A DNA stretch of 64,000 nt from NCBI GenBank assembly GCA_023460055.1, contig JAEWRJ010000015.1, forward strand, positions 2,496 through 66,495, written 5' to 3'. Position 1 is the first letter of the stretch. Each line of letters begins with the position of its first letter. A model generated the notes under the pieces. The model did not search any database. It was not told the origin of the DNA and saw only the letters and a program-made list of their open reading frames with translations. Shown piece by piece: positions 44,145-53,252 of this stretch. The position numbers and the translations under genes were made by a program. This stretch comes from Bacillota bacterium (lineage in GTDB: Bacteria; Bacillota; Clostridia; Christensenellales; Aristaeellaceae).

Positions 44145-44585
44145 ATGATTTACGAAAAAGGCAAAGTAAGGTATGGCATCTTGAACATGAGATCTCAACC
44201 TTCCACTACATCCACGCGAGTGGCATCAATTCCCGATGGAACTGAGCTTGTTGTCAACAACAACCCTCCCGGTGACTGGTGCTATACTTACTATGGTATG
44301 AATCAAGGATATGTAGACGGTTACTATGTCAATAGGTCCGGCCCTGCAGAATACTGGGAGTATATGCTGGGCTTGAAGAACCTTTACAAAGGTTGTTCTA
44401 ATAGCCTGTTTGTAAAAAATCTGCAAACTGAGCTTAACCGAGCCGGCTATCCCTGTGGGACCGCTGATGGTATCTTTGGCGATAATACTGATATTGCGGT
44501 GAGAAACTTTCAGCGGGCTTCTGGTATTCGTGATGACGGGATTGCCGGTCCCCAGACAAAATCTCTCTTTTATCCCGAACCGTAA
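44145..44585 (+). CDS. Leaderless SH3b plus PG_binding_1 wall-binding protein with no catalytic domain
   Basis: SH3b: GILNMRSQPSTTSTRVASIPDGTELVV...GYVDGYYV. PG_binding_1: LQTELNRAGYPCGTADGIFGDNTDIAVRNFQRASGIRDDGIAGPQT. SD ACGGAGG upstream. Confidence 0.75.
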   Translation: MIYEKGKVRYGILNMRSQPSTTSTRVASIPDGTELVVNNNPPGDWCYTYYGMNQGYVDGYYVNRSGPAEYWEYMLGLKNLYKGCSNSLFVKNLQTELNRAGYPCGTADGIFGDNTDIAVRNFQRASGIRDDGIAGPQTKSLFYPEP

Positions 44586-44891
44586 ACAGCATCGACTGAC
44601 AATTGACTTTCCTTATAGCATATAATTGGACTTTTGTGATAAAAGCGCCTGAGATAGTCTAAAAAGAAAAGTCAAAAGAAAAGACAGGAGCAAATCCTAG
44701 TGAGGAAGCTCCTGTTTTGTTATAGGCTGAGCTGAGGTATCCATTTTTGAAACGCAAGACAAACTGAGATACTTTTTAGATCATATTTACCATCAATAGA
44801 TAGCTGTGAATCTTATAGTCTAGCTCTTTCAACATTATCGCTAAGGAGAAAATCAAAATTTTCCTTGCATTGAAGGAATTTATATACATAT

Positions 44892-45452
44892 ATGGCTATA
44901 TCTTGTAGGCAGTGTAACTATGCCGATTTGAGTAACCTTTATGACGAACATTATTCTTATATTGTTAGTTGTTGTATCAGGTATGTCGATAGATATGATG
45001 AAGGTATACAATCGCTTGTTGAGGATGCTGTGCAGAATGCTTTCATGAAAGCGATTGACAAATACGATGATTTCCTGGGTCATCCCAATAAACTGGGATG
45101 GCTCATTACTGTGAGTAAAAACGAGCTTAAGAACATTTCATCGAAAGATAGGCGGCATAGAAGAATCAATGCTATGATCTGTGATTCGCAGAATATGAAG
45201 AATCAGGATGATCCAATTACTTATGTTATTGAACAAGAGAAAACATATGAACTGCAAGAAATTATTGGAGAGATAAGGAAAGTTATAACTCAAAGCGAGA
45301 CTGAGGTTTTTACAGAATATTTTCTTAAAAATCATACCACGCAAGAATCAGCTGAGAATATTGGTGTGACTAAGTCCGCTATAAAGAACGCGGTATATCG
45401 TATAAGAAATAAGGCGAAATCAGTATTAAAAGCTCTGTTTGACAAAAAATGA
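44892..45452 (+). CDS. Orphan sigma-70-family sigma factor, paralogue of 38459-39022
   Basis: Shares YSYIVSCC, ..DAVQNAFMKAIDKYDDFLGHPNKLGWL.. and the C-terminal SAIKNAVYRIRNKAK with the 38459 protein. No anti-sigma ORF follows. Confidence 0.65.
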   Translation: MAISCRQCNYADLSNLYDEHYSYIVSCCIRYVDRYDEGIQSLVEDAVQNAFMKAIDKYDDFLGHPNKLGWLITVSKNELKNISSKDRRHRRINAMICDSQNMKNQDDPITYVIEQEKTYELQEIIGEIRKVITQSETEVFTEYFLKNHTTQESAENIGVTKSAIKNAVYRIRNKAKSVLKALFDKK

Positions 45453-45718
45453 GACTTTTTCCGGAATAATGAAATAGGTCATTGGAGAGACCGACGAAGC
45501 ACTAAGACAGAATTATTACTGTTTTTTTGTAGATGCGGATTCGCCAATACTTCGCTTCTTTAGCACGAAAGATGTGAAACTAAAGAAGCTCTATCATGGA
45601 GGGGAGCGATCTTGATATTGGTGAAATACTCTTTAAGTTTTACTTGGGAGCACTATAAAGCTCACTACCCATAAAACATCATTTGATTTACGGATTATAA
45701 GATAATGAGGTTTGCCCC

Positions 45719-46267
45719 ATGTCACAATATATTAAGAGTGATTATGCTATCAATGTAAGAAGCCAGGGTATTATGTACCAATGCGCGGATGGTACAAAGT
45801 GTATAGATCTCAATAGCTTTCTTTCAGAAAATCCTACTTTATCAGAGGATGATTTCGGGAAATGGAAGCAGATATCAGACGACATGTATCTTGATGAAAG
45901 TAGAGCCGATTGGCGCAACACACATAAAGCAATTAGTTTTGAACAAAAGGGATTAGAACATGTGTTGTCAGGCCCCTCAGCAGAAGATGAGTACATTGAG
46001 GATATCGATCGTACGGAAGCGATGATATTCAAGCAGAAGCGACTTGAGCTGATTAACCAAGCATTACGCACGCTTAACAAAGTTCAACGGCGGCGTTTTT
46101 GGTTGCATGTTGTAAAGAGAATGACAGTAAGACGGATAGCTCGTTTGGAAGGCAATGTATCCTATCAGAGTATCCATAGATCAATTAGGAGGGCATACGC
46201 CAGCATCCATTATTATGTTGAGACAATGGGCGGCGGGGTGACAAAACCTGATAATTCGCACATATGA
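45719..46267 (+). CDS. Sigma-70 region-4-type HTH protein (Tn916 Orf7-like ICE regulator)
   Basis: C-terminal LNKVQRRRFWLHVVKRMTVRRIARLEGNVSYQSIHRSIRRA is a sigma-r4-like HTH. It lies upstream of xis-int, as in Tn916-type elements. Confidence 0.5.
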   Translation: MSQYIKSDYAINVRSQGIMYQCADGTKCIDLNSFLSENPTLSEDDFGKWKQISDDMYLDESRADWRNTHKAISFEQKGLEHVLSGPSAEDEYIEDIDRTEAMIFKQKRLELINQALRTLNKVQRRRFWLHVVKRMTVRRIARLEGNVSYQSIHRSIRRAYASIHYYVETMGGGVTKPDNSHI

Positions 46268-46349
46268 TGAAGGCAAAAAAATTTGTCGGTACTTATCCGG
46301 CGTGTGACCTTCCATGCACCTTGACAAGTTCAGAATCAAGCATCAAATA

Positions 46350-46680
46350 CATTCCGCGGTGGGTGGGTAGTCACCAGCCCATTCATGAGGTACGCCATGA
46401 CCCTGTGTTCAGGCGAGCGAATAATACCTGCTGATAAATATAGGTTGCTCCTATATGGCCACGAAACACCGCAGGGATAATGATACTCTTACCCAGCCAC
46501 AGGTCGAGCGTGATAATAACCGTCGCAACCAATGGGGGTAACTCGGGCGGAGCCGGAGGGGTGAAATAACCCGTGGAGCAAGTCAGCAGCTTGCCGTTTG
46601 ATACTTCCCTATCCATCCAGGGGGTCGAGGACGAATGTGGATGGACTCGGCGGGCAGCCTTGGCAACTGCCCGTCGAGAA
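46350..46680. ncRNA. Candidate structured RNA or DNA element in the sigma-r4/xis intergenic region (class unknown)
   Basis: A GC-richer, non-coding-looking roughly 550-nt gap. An adjacent 8-bp hairpin (46612-46619 / 46638-46645) and 12-bp hairpin (46646-46657 / 46667-46678) are present. Further stems lie at 46438-46456 and 46578-46594, and a 9/10 long-range pairing joins 46360-46369 with 46490-46499. Confidence 0.25.
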
Positions 46681-46839
46681 GTATCAGAATAAATGTAATT
46701 TATATGATGCGGGCATAGGAGCTGCGTCATTTTTTATATATTTTGATTATCGGCAAACTTGCGCAGATAAAGGACTTCTGGATATAGTATAGGTGAAACA
46801 GCTGTTGTCCTGGGTTGAATGCGCAAGGAAAGGAGGCTT

Positions 46840-47055
46840 ATGGATACCGGAGTCGACAGTAGGACGGTAAATGTTTTGAACAACAGTTGTACTCGACGCG
46901 CATACAAGGTTGAGGAAATAGCGGAGATGCTTGGCATAGGCCGCACAGCGGCCTATAACCTTATCCATAGCGGAAAACTCAAGGTTGTGCGCATCGGGAC
47001 ATCAATCCGAGTACCCAAGCATTCCTTTGATGCGTGGTTGGAGAGCCAGAATTAA
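46840..47055 (+). CDS. xis: Excisionase (MerR/Xis-type HTH)
   Basis: ATG at 46840 after SD AAAGGAGG. YKVEEIAEMLGIGRTAAYNLIHSGKLKVVRIGTSIRVPKHSFDAWL is the typical excisionase HTH_17 pattern. Confidence 0.75.
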   Translation: MDTGVDSRTVNVLNNSCTRRAYKVEEIAEMLGIGRTAAYNLIHSGKLKVVRIGTSIRVPKHSFDAWLESQN

Positions 47056-47075
47056 CAAACAGGAGGGTTAATTAC

Positions 47076-48470
47076 ATGGCATCCATCATTAAGCGCAAAA
47101 AATCATACTCACTGGTCTACAACTATACGAATGAGAAAGGCGAGACAAAACAGAAGTGGGAGACCTGGCACAGCCACAAGGAGGTGTTAAAGAGAAAGGC
47201 TGAGGTGGAAGGCGGTATACTCAGCGGAGACTTTAAGCCTCCATCGGATCAGACGATTGAGGAGTTTCTGTACGATTTTGTTATCATGTATGGTGAACGC
47301 AAGTGGGGTGTCACCTCATACGACAGTAATATGGCATTGATGGCTAACTACATCAATCCTATCATCGGACAGCAAAAGATCAGAGGATTCAATGCGTACT
47401 CTGCGGAGAAGTACATCACTGTCCTGCGTGAAACCGTTCCTGTATCCACGAAGTACAGGAAAACGAAAAAGACCGAACTGCCGGATAAGACAATTGAGAG
47501 AATCGTCAGGCTGCTGAACTGCGCCTTTGAGCGTGCCTGTCGTTGGGGGGTTATCACAAAGAATCCTTTTAAGGAAGTGGATCTTCCCAAATCAAAATAC
47601 CAGCAGCGACCCATGTGGAATGCTGAGCTGATTGCCAAAGCACTTGATGCATGTACAGATACAAAGCTCTATGTCGCTATGAACATCGCTTTCGCCTGTT
47701 CCTGCCGATTGGGAGAGATATGCGGGCTAACCTGGGATAAGGTCCATATATCAGATGATGCCATCGCAAGGGATGATGCCTTCATCTATATAGACAAGGA
47801 ACTTGAGCGTGTATCCATGCGGGCCGTTGAAAAGCTGAAAGAAAAGGAAATCATGTTCATCTTTCCTTCCCTGCTGGCCAATACAAGCACACGGCTGGTT
47901 TTGAAGCTGCCCAAGACAGAATCAAGTATCCGAAAGATCTGGCTGCCTAAAACCCTGGCCTTGATTTTAAGGAAATGGAAGGAATCCCAGGATGAAATCA
48001 AGTCCTACCTCGGAGATGAGTATGTGGACTACAATCTTGTAATTGCCTTGCCCAATGGACGCCCCTGTGAGGGAAGAATCATCAATAAGGCCTTCGTCGA
48101 CTTGAAAAAGGAGGCGGATATGCCCAACGTAACCTTCCATAGCTTGCGTTCATCATCAACGACATATAAGCTCAAACTCAACAATGGGGACATCAAGGCG
48201 ACGCAGGGCGATACGGGACACACAGAAACTGACATGATCACGAGGGTGTACGCACACATATTGGACGAGGATCGAAAGGTCAACGCGCAAAAGTTTGAAA
48301 CCGCATTCTATGCTAACCCTGATCTTCGCAATGTTCAGCCTGTTCCCGAACCGGCACCGGCGCAACTTGATCTCAACACACTGGTCGCTCAGCTTCAGGA
48401 AAATCCCGAACTTCTGGCAACACTCTCACAGCTGCTTGGCGGCAATCAGGTTATCCGGGCAGCGGTTTAG
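47076..48470 (+). CDS. int: Tyrosine site-specific integrase (Tn916-Int-like architecture)
   Basis: ATG at 47076 after SD AGGAGGG. N-terminal MASIIKRKKSYSLVYNY... is an arm-binding-type domain. Catalytic region FHSLRSSSTTY ... GHTETDMITRVYAH (R..H..RxxH..Y). Confidence 0.85.
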   Translation: MASIIKRKKSYSLVYNYTNEKGETKQKWETWHSHKEVLKRKAEVEGGILSGDFKPPSDQTIEEFLYDFVIMYGERKWGVTSYDSNMALMANYINPIIGQQKIRGFNAYSAEKYITVLRETVPVSTKYRKTKKTELPDKTIERIVRLLNCAFERACRWGVITKNPFKEVDLPKSKYQQRPMWNAELIAKALDACTDTKLYVAMNIAFACSCRLGEICGLTWDKVHISDDAIARDDAFIYIDKELERVSMRAVEKLKEKEIMFIFPSLLANTSTRLVLKLPKTESSIRKIWLPKTLALILRKWKESQDEIKSYLGDEYVDYNLVIALPNGRPCEGRIINKAFVDLKKEADMPNVTFHSLRSSSTTYKLKLNNGDIKATQGDTGHTETDMITRVYAHILDEDRKVNAQKFETAFYANPDLRNVQPVPEPAPAQLDLNTLVAQLQENPELLATLSQLLGGNQVIRAAV

Positions 48471-48472
48471 CC

Positions 48473-48494
48473 AGTCTTAGCAAAGTCTTAGCAA
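48473..48494 (+). repeat. Perfect tandem 11-bp direct repeat AGTCTTAGCAA x2; candidate integrase arm sites
   Basis: It starts 3 nt after the int stop. A third TTAGCAAA copy lies at 48530-48537, between int and the tRNA. Confidence 0.6.
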
Positions 48495-48637
48495 ACCTAT
48501 GTACGTGGTGAAATACGGTTCAAAACGAATTAGCAAAATGGGTATCAAGGTCAGCTGTTACGCAAGCGATACGACGGGGTATGATTGACGATCGGCCGAA
48601 TAAAAAAGCTGCAAAGTCATTGACTTTACAGCGATTG

Positions 48638-48713
48638 TGGCACTCCCGGGCAGAGTCGAACTGCCGACCCCTCGCTTAGGAGGCGAGTGCTCTTTCCACT
48701 GAGCTACGGGAGT
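48638..48713 (-). tRNA. tRNA-Arg (anticodon CCT), CCA encoded
   Basis: Hand-folded cloverleaf: ACTCCCG TA GCTC AGTGGAAA GAGC A CTCGC CTCCTAA GCGAG GGGTC GGCAG TTCGACT CTGCC CGGGAGT G CCA (76 nt). Confidence 0.85.
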
Positions 48714-48745
48714 AAGGAGTAAATTGGCGGAAGGTCGTCCGACGA

Positions 48746-48784
48746 TTAGGAGGCGAACGCTCTATCCTGCTGAGCTACGGGGAC
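48746..48784 (-). pseudogene. Truncated tRNA-Arg(CCT) 5' half, ending exactly after the anticodon loop
   Basis: GTCCCCG TA GCTC AGCAGGATA GAGC G TTCGC CTCCTAA, then unrelated TCGTCGGACGACC. No 3' anticodon-stem strand, T-arm or acceptor 3' strand is present. The palindrome TCGTC-N-GACGA sits at the breakpoint. Confidence 0.65.
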
Positions 48785-48846
48785 AAGACCTCTGACATTT
48801 TAGCACAGCGGAGGCTTTCACGCAAGGTGAGGAATGGCCGTATTTC

Positions 48847-48875
48847 TTGACAAAGCATAGGGGCCTCAGTATGAT
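48847..48875 (+). promoter_or_regulatory. Sigma-A-type promoter of glyQS
   Basis: TTGACA (48847-48852), 17 nt, then TATGAT (48870-48875). Confidence 0.5.
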
Positions 48876-48904
48876 GGGCTGTGAGAAACGGAGGCTTTTT
48901 AACT

Positions 48905-50293
48905 ATGCCGGAGAAGTTGACAATGGACAAGCTGACCGCGCTGTGCAAGGTGCGCGGCTACATTTTCGCGGGATCGGAAATTTACGGGGGACTGGCCAAT
49001 ACCTGGGATTATGGCCCCCTTGGCGTTGAATTTAAGAATAACATCAAAAAGGCCTGGTGGAAGAAATTTGTGCAGGAGAGCCGCACCAACGTGGGGCTGG
49101 ATTCCTCCATCCTGATGAACCGCCAGGTGTGGGTGGCCTCGGGCCACGTAGGCAATTTCAATGACCCGCTGATGGATTGCAAGGCCTGCAAGGCCCGCTT
49201 CCGCGCGGATCAGCTGATTGAAGATTATGCTATGAAGCAGGGCGAGCCCGTGCGCGCCGACGGCTGGAGCAATGAGGAGCTGGAGAGCTACATCAATGAG
49301 CGCGCCATTCACTGCCCCATCTGCGGCAAGCACGATTTTACGGGCATCCGCAAGTTCAACATGATGTTTAAGACCCATCAGGGCGTCACGGAGGACAGTG
49401 CTGCGGAGATCTACCTGCGGCCGGAGACCGCGCAGGGCATCTTTGTCAACTTCAAGAATATCGTGCGCTCCACGCGCCGCAAGCTGCCCATGGGCGTATG
49501 CCAGATCGGCAAGAGCTTCCGCAACGAGATCACGCCCGGCAACTTCATCTTCCGCACACGCGAGTTTGAGCAGATGGAGATGGAATTCTTCTGCAAGCCC
49601 GGCGAGGATATGCAGTGGTTTGAGTACTGGCGCGGCTTCTGCCGCGACTGGCTGCTGAGCCTCGGCATCAAGGAAGACAACCTGCGCCTGCGCGATCACA
49701 AAGCGGAGGAGCTGAGCCACTACTCCAAGGCGACGACGGATTTTGAGTTCCAATTTCCCTTTGGCTGGGGCGAGCTGTGGGGCATTGCCGACAGGACGGA
49801 TTTTGACCTGAAGGCGCACGAGGCCACCAGCGGCGAGAGCATGGAGTATATCGATCCCCTCACCAACGAGCGCTTCATCCCCTATGTGGTGGAGCCCTCC
49901 GTGGGCGTGGAGCGCCTGGCGCTCAGCTTCCTGTGCAACGCCTATGAGGAGCAGGAGCTGGAAAACGACAGCCGCGTGGTGCTGCACCTGCACCCGGCGC
50001 TGGCGCCCTACAAGGCCGCCGTGCTGCCGCTGCAAAAGAACAAGCTGGGCGAACAAGCCCTGGCTGTTTACGAAGATTTGAGCCGCCGCTTCATGGTGGA
50101 TTATGACGAGACCGGTTCCATCGGCAAGCGCTACCGCAGGCAGGATGAGATCGGCACACCGCTGTGCGTCACGGTGGACTTTGAAACCGAAGAAACCGGG
50201 AGCGTCACCGTGCGCGACCGCGACACCATGCTGCAGGAGCGCGTGCCGCTGAGCGAATTGGTGAGCTATATTGAAGGGAAGCTTCGGTTCTGA
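48905..50293 (+). CDS. glyQS: Glycine--tRNA ligase (single-chain GlyQS type)
   Basis: [40 protein letters not shown]... is the conserved GlyRS2 N-terminus. Class II motifs run throughout. Confidence 0.9.
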   Translation: MPEKLTMDKLTALCKVRGYIFAGSEIYGGLANTWDYGPLGVEFKNNIKKAWWKKFVQESRTNVGLDSSILMNRQVWVASGHVGNFNDPLMDCKACKARFRADQLIEDYAMKQGEPVRADGWSNEELESYINERAIHCPICGKHDFTGIRKFNMMFKTHQGVTEDSAAEIYLRPETAQGIFVNFKNIVRSTRRKLPMGVCQIGKSFRNEITPGNFIFRTREFEQMEMEFFCKPGEDMQWFEYWRGFCRDWLLSLGIKEDNLRLRDHKAEELSHYSKATTDFEFQFPFGWGELWGIADRTDFDLKAHEATSGESMEYIDPLTNERFIPYVVEPSVGVERLALSFLCNAYEEQELENDSRVVLHLHPALAPYKAAVLPLQKNKLGEQALAVYEDLSRRFMVDYDETGSIGKRYRRQDEIGTPLCVTVDFETEETGSVTVRDRDTMLQERVPLSELVSYIEGKLRF

Positions 50294-50328
50294 CCGCGCC
50301 CATGGCGCTGTAAAGGGGACTAACTGTC

Positions 50329-53157
50329 ATGACGAATGATCCGTATCAAATAAAGGGACAGCCGCGCCGCCGGCGCTCCGAGCGGCACGGCAACGTGCCC
50401 GCCGCCCGGCCGCCTGAGATGAAGGCTGCCTACCAGCCGGATGAGACCGCGCCGCTGCCGCTGGGCAGCGAGACCCGCGTGGTGCCGGTGGCGCCCCAGC
50501 CGCTGCCGCCGCCCCGGCAGGCGCCGGCCACCTATGACTATGACCGCTTTTCCGGGACCGCGTCCAACCGCTATGTTGAAGACGAGGAATATGATGACGA
50601 TGACGCGCCGCGCCTATGGCCCAAGCTGCTGGCGCTGGCGCTGGGCCTGCTGCTGATCCTGTCGGCCGGGCTTTACTTCCTTGTGCCGGTGAATACAGAC
50701 GGCATTCTGGGCACCGTACGCGGCGGCCTGGAAACGGTGGTCGAAAAGGCCAAGAGCCTGCTGGGCCTGGCGGAGGAAAAGAAACCCACGCTCATCAAGT
50801 TTGAGACCCCGGACGCTGTGGGCGAGATCGGTGTGCGCACCGTGTTCACCTTCACGGCCGATATGCCGGTTGACAGCGTGCGCATGGTGGACGAGGTGGG
50901 CAGCGAAGTCATCGGCCAGCTGGCGAAGATCGACCCGCAGGGCACTGTGTGGACGGTGAGCGTCGTGTTTGACGAGCCCTTCAACGGCACCTTCCGCGGG
51001 GACTTGCTGGTCGGGGACACCTGGTATCAGGGCGACAAATTGATCCAATTCATGACCGCCGCGGAGACCCCGACCCCCTCCATCGAGCCGGTTTTGACGC
51101 CCGAACCCACGGCGGAGCCATCATTCCAGCCTTCGTTTGAGCCGTTTACAGAGCCCGCTGCGGAAGTGACCGAGGCGCCTCTTGCGATAGCCGCCGCCGA
51201 TCCCTTCGCGCAGACGGAGATAGCAGGCGATCCGGACGATGGCTGGTTCATCGTCGACGACCCGGTGGAAACTTTTACCGATGACGGCCTGGGCCTTGAA
51301 GAGCCAACCGATGAACCGGCGGTTGAAATCGCCGCAAGCTCCGAGCCCTTTGTGGTGGCGCGGACCACGCCCCAGACGCAGCCGACCGCAGAGCCTTCAG
51401 CAGCCCCGCAGCTGGCCGAGGCGACTGGGGAGCCGCTTCTGGCTGATACGGCTGCCAATGATGAGTGGGATGAGCCCGCTGAGACAACCCAAGCGGCTGA
51501 TGACCTGGCAGGTGATGCCGCGGCCCAGAGCGAGTGGGATGAGATCCCGCCCGAGGCCCAGCAGGCAGCCGACGCCGCGCAGACCGCTGGCGATACCGCG
51601 TCGGCCTCCATGACGATGCTTTCGATGGAGCCCGACGAGTCGGCCCTGCCCTCTGTACTCAAGATCAAGGATGATGTATACGATAAAGCCAAGAGGGTGA
51701 CCGAGCTGGAGCGCGGCCTGTCGATTGATATGCCCGGCCCCGGCAGCTATGTCAGCTATGAAGGCGGCGTCTTCACCTTCCGCGGCGATGCCTTCCGCGG
51801 CAACGCGGCCTTCGGCACGGCGGATATGCCCCTGCAACAGATGTCCATCCTGTGGAAAGCCCCCCTGGGCAGCCTGCGGACGGACGAAGGCACGCTCTGG
51901 GGCCTTGGCTGGACAAGCCAGCCCGCCATCGTCAAGTGGTCCGTAGAGCTGCGCCAGATGATGAACATCGCGGAGGCCAAGAAGGATGTAAAGGCCCTCA
52001 AGGAAGTCATCGTCGGCGGGCAGGATGGCAAGGTCTACTTCTTTGACCTCAACGACGGCGTCGCCACCCGCGAGCCGATCGACATCAAGTACCCGCTGAA
52101 GGGCTCCGTCTCCCTGGATACGCAGGGCCGCCCGATGCTGGCGGTGGGCCAGGGCATTTCCAAGATGCCCGGCGGCAAGACCGGCCCCATCGGCCTGCAT
52201 GTATACGGCCTGATCGACCAGCAGGAATTAATGTTCCTCAACGGCCGCAAGACCAAGCAGCAGACCCAGTATTCGACCAACGGCGCCTTTGACGGCACCG
52301 CCCTGTTTGACAGGAACACCGATACCATGATCGTGTCGGGTGAAAACGGCCTGCTGTACACGGTGGCGCTGAACACGGCGTTTGATTACATCGATACGCA
52401 CACCATCAAGGTGAACCCGGCGATCACCTACCAAAAGAGCAAGGCGGGCGGGCAGAAGGACATGTCCGTCAGCAATGAGGCCAGCGTGGCCATGTATGGC
52501 AAGTATGCCTATACGGCGGACAGGCAGGGCATTATCAAGGCCGTGGATACCGACAGCATGAAGACCCAGTGGGCCTTCGACGCGGGCGACAACACGGACG
52601 CCACCCCGGCCCTGGGCTTTGATGAGGATGGCAGCCTGGGCCTCTATACCGGCACAACGGTATTCTCCCGCACCCGCAAGACCGGCATCGCTTTCATCCG
52701 CCGCCTGGACGCGATGAGCGGCCGGGAGGTATGGAAGAAGGAAGTCCCCGCCAGCTACAGCGATGACGAGCGCGCGGGCGTGAAGGCCAGCCCGGTGGTA
52801 GGCGAAAACAGGCTGAGCGACCTGGTGATCTTTACAGTCAACCGCACGAATGACGGCAAGGACGCGACCGTCTACGCGCTGAACAAGCAGACCGGCGAAG
52901 AGGTCTGGAGCTTCATGCTTAACAGCCCGACCGTATCCTCCCCCGTGGCGGTCTACACCTCGGGCGGCGATGGCTACATCGTTCAGGCTGACGAAAAGGG
53001 CGTGCTGTATCTCTTGAACGGCTTGACGGGCGAACAGCTGCACACCCTGGAGCTGGGCTCCGCGGTCGATGCCTCCCCCGCCGTGTACAACGACGTGCTG
53101 GTCATCGGCAGCAGCGAAAAAGATAACAGCTACCTCTACGGGATCAGGCTGGAATAG
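50329..53157 (+). CDS. Membrane-anchored protein with a Pro/Ala/Glu-rich low-complexity region and C-terminal PQQ-like beta-propeller repeats
   Basis: TM LWPKLLALALGLLLILSAGLYFLV. Acidic low-complexity segment roughly over aa 230-410. Repeated ...G.VYA.D..TG...W motifs at the C-terminus. Confidence 0.7.
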   Translation: MTNDPYQIKGQPRRRRSERHGNVPAARPPEMKAAYQPDETAPLPLGSETRVVPVAPQPLPPPRQAPATYDYDRFSGTASNRYVEDEEYDDDDAPRLWPKLLALALGLLLILSAGLYFLVPVNTDGILGTVRGGLETVVEKAKSLLGLAEEKKPTLIKFETPDAVGEIGVRTVFTFTADMPVDSVRMVDEVGSEVIGQLAKIDPQGTVWTVSVVFDEPFNGTFRGDLLVGDTWYQGDKLIQFMTAAETPTPSIEPVLTPEPTAEPSFQPSFEPFTEPAAEVTEAPLAIAAADPFAQTEIAGDPDDGWFIVDDPVETFTDDGLGLEEPTDEPAVEIAASSEPFVVARTTPQTQPTAEPSAAPQLAEATGEPLLADTAANDEWDEPAETTQAADDLAGDAAAQSEWDEIPPEAQQAADAAQTAGDTASASMTMLSMEPDESALPSVLKIKDDVYDKAKRVTELERGLSIDMPGPGSYVSYEGGVFTFRGDAFRGNAAFGTADMPLQQMSILWKAPLGSLRTDEGTLWGLGWTSQPAIVKWSVELRQMMNIAEAKKDVKALKEVIVGGQDGKVYFFDLNDGVATREPIDIKYPLKGSVSLDTQGRPMLAVGQGISKMPGGKTGPIGLHVYGLIDQQELMFLNGRKTKQQTQYSTNGAFDGTALFDRNTDTMIVSGENGLLYTVALNTAFDYIDTHTIKVNPAITYQKSKAGGQKDMSVSNEASVAMYGKYAYTADRQGIIKAVDTDSMKTQWAFDAGDNTDATPALGFDEDGSLGLYTGTTVFSRTRKTGIAFIRRLDAMSGREVWKKEVPASYSDDERAGVKASPVVGENRLSDLVIFTVNRTNDGKDATVYALNKQTGEEVWSFMLNSPTVSSPVAVYTSGGDGYIVQADEKGVLYLLNGLTGEQLHTLELGSAVDASPAVYNDVLVIGSSEKDNSYLYGIRLE

Positions 53158-53188
53158 CCTCCCCGACCGGAACCGATAACAACCATCA

Positions 53189-53229
53189 GACGCCGATATC
53201 ATCCAATGTGATTGGTATCGGCGTTTTCT
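53189..53229 (+). terminator. Rho-independent terminator
   Basis: ACGCCGATA ... TATCGGCGT with an inner CCAAT/ATTGG pairing, followed by TTTTC. Confidence 0.65.
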
Positions 53230-53252
53230 ATAGAACAGAAAGGAATAGAAAT

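Larger units (their letters stand above)
1..48637. mobile_element. Right-hand portion of a mosaic integrative conjugative/mobilisable element (ICE). The left end is outside the window and the right end abuts tRNA-Arg(CCT).
   Basis: Conjugative-element gene set: TTAP-like protein, giant methylase-helicase polyvalent protein, MobC, MobA/VirD2-type relaxase, class B sortase, sigma-r4 protein, excisionase and tyrosine integrase. The set ends about 170 nt from the 3' end of a tRNA gene. Composition switches to visibly GC-rich housekeeping genes right of about 48.8 kb. Confidence 0.75.

Noticed and set aside
46549-46580. GAGCCGGAGGGGTGAAATAACCCGTGGAGC looked superficially like group II intron domain V
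   Set aside because: When folded, only the GGGT/ACCC stem pairs. The AGC triad stem and 2-nt bulge geometry are absent. There is no GUGYG 5' end or reverse transcriptase ORF nearby.
46383-46730. 115-aa minus-strand ORF in the sigma-r4/xis gap
   Set aside because: No SD is present; the upstream sequence is pure AT. The composition is odd and no motif is seen. The region is better explained as a structured non-coding element.
48785-48904. Expected T-box leader upstream of glyQS
   Set aside because: Only about 120 nt separate the tRNA fragment from the ATG. There is no specifier/antiterminator architecture and no T-box sequence (AGGGUGGNACCGCG-like). Only a plain promoter was seen.
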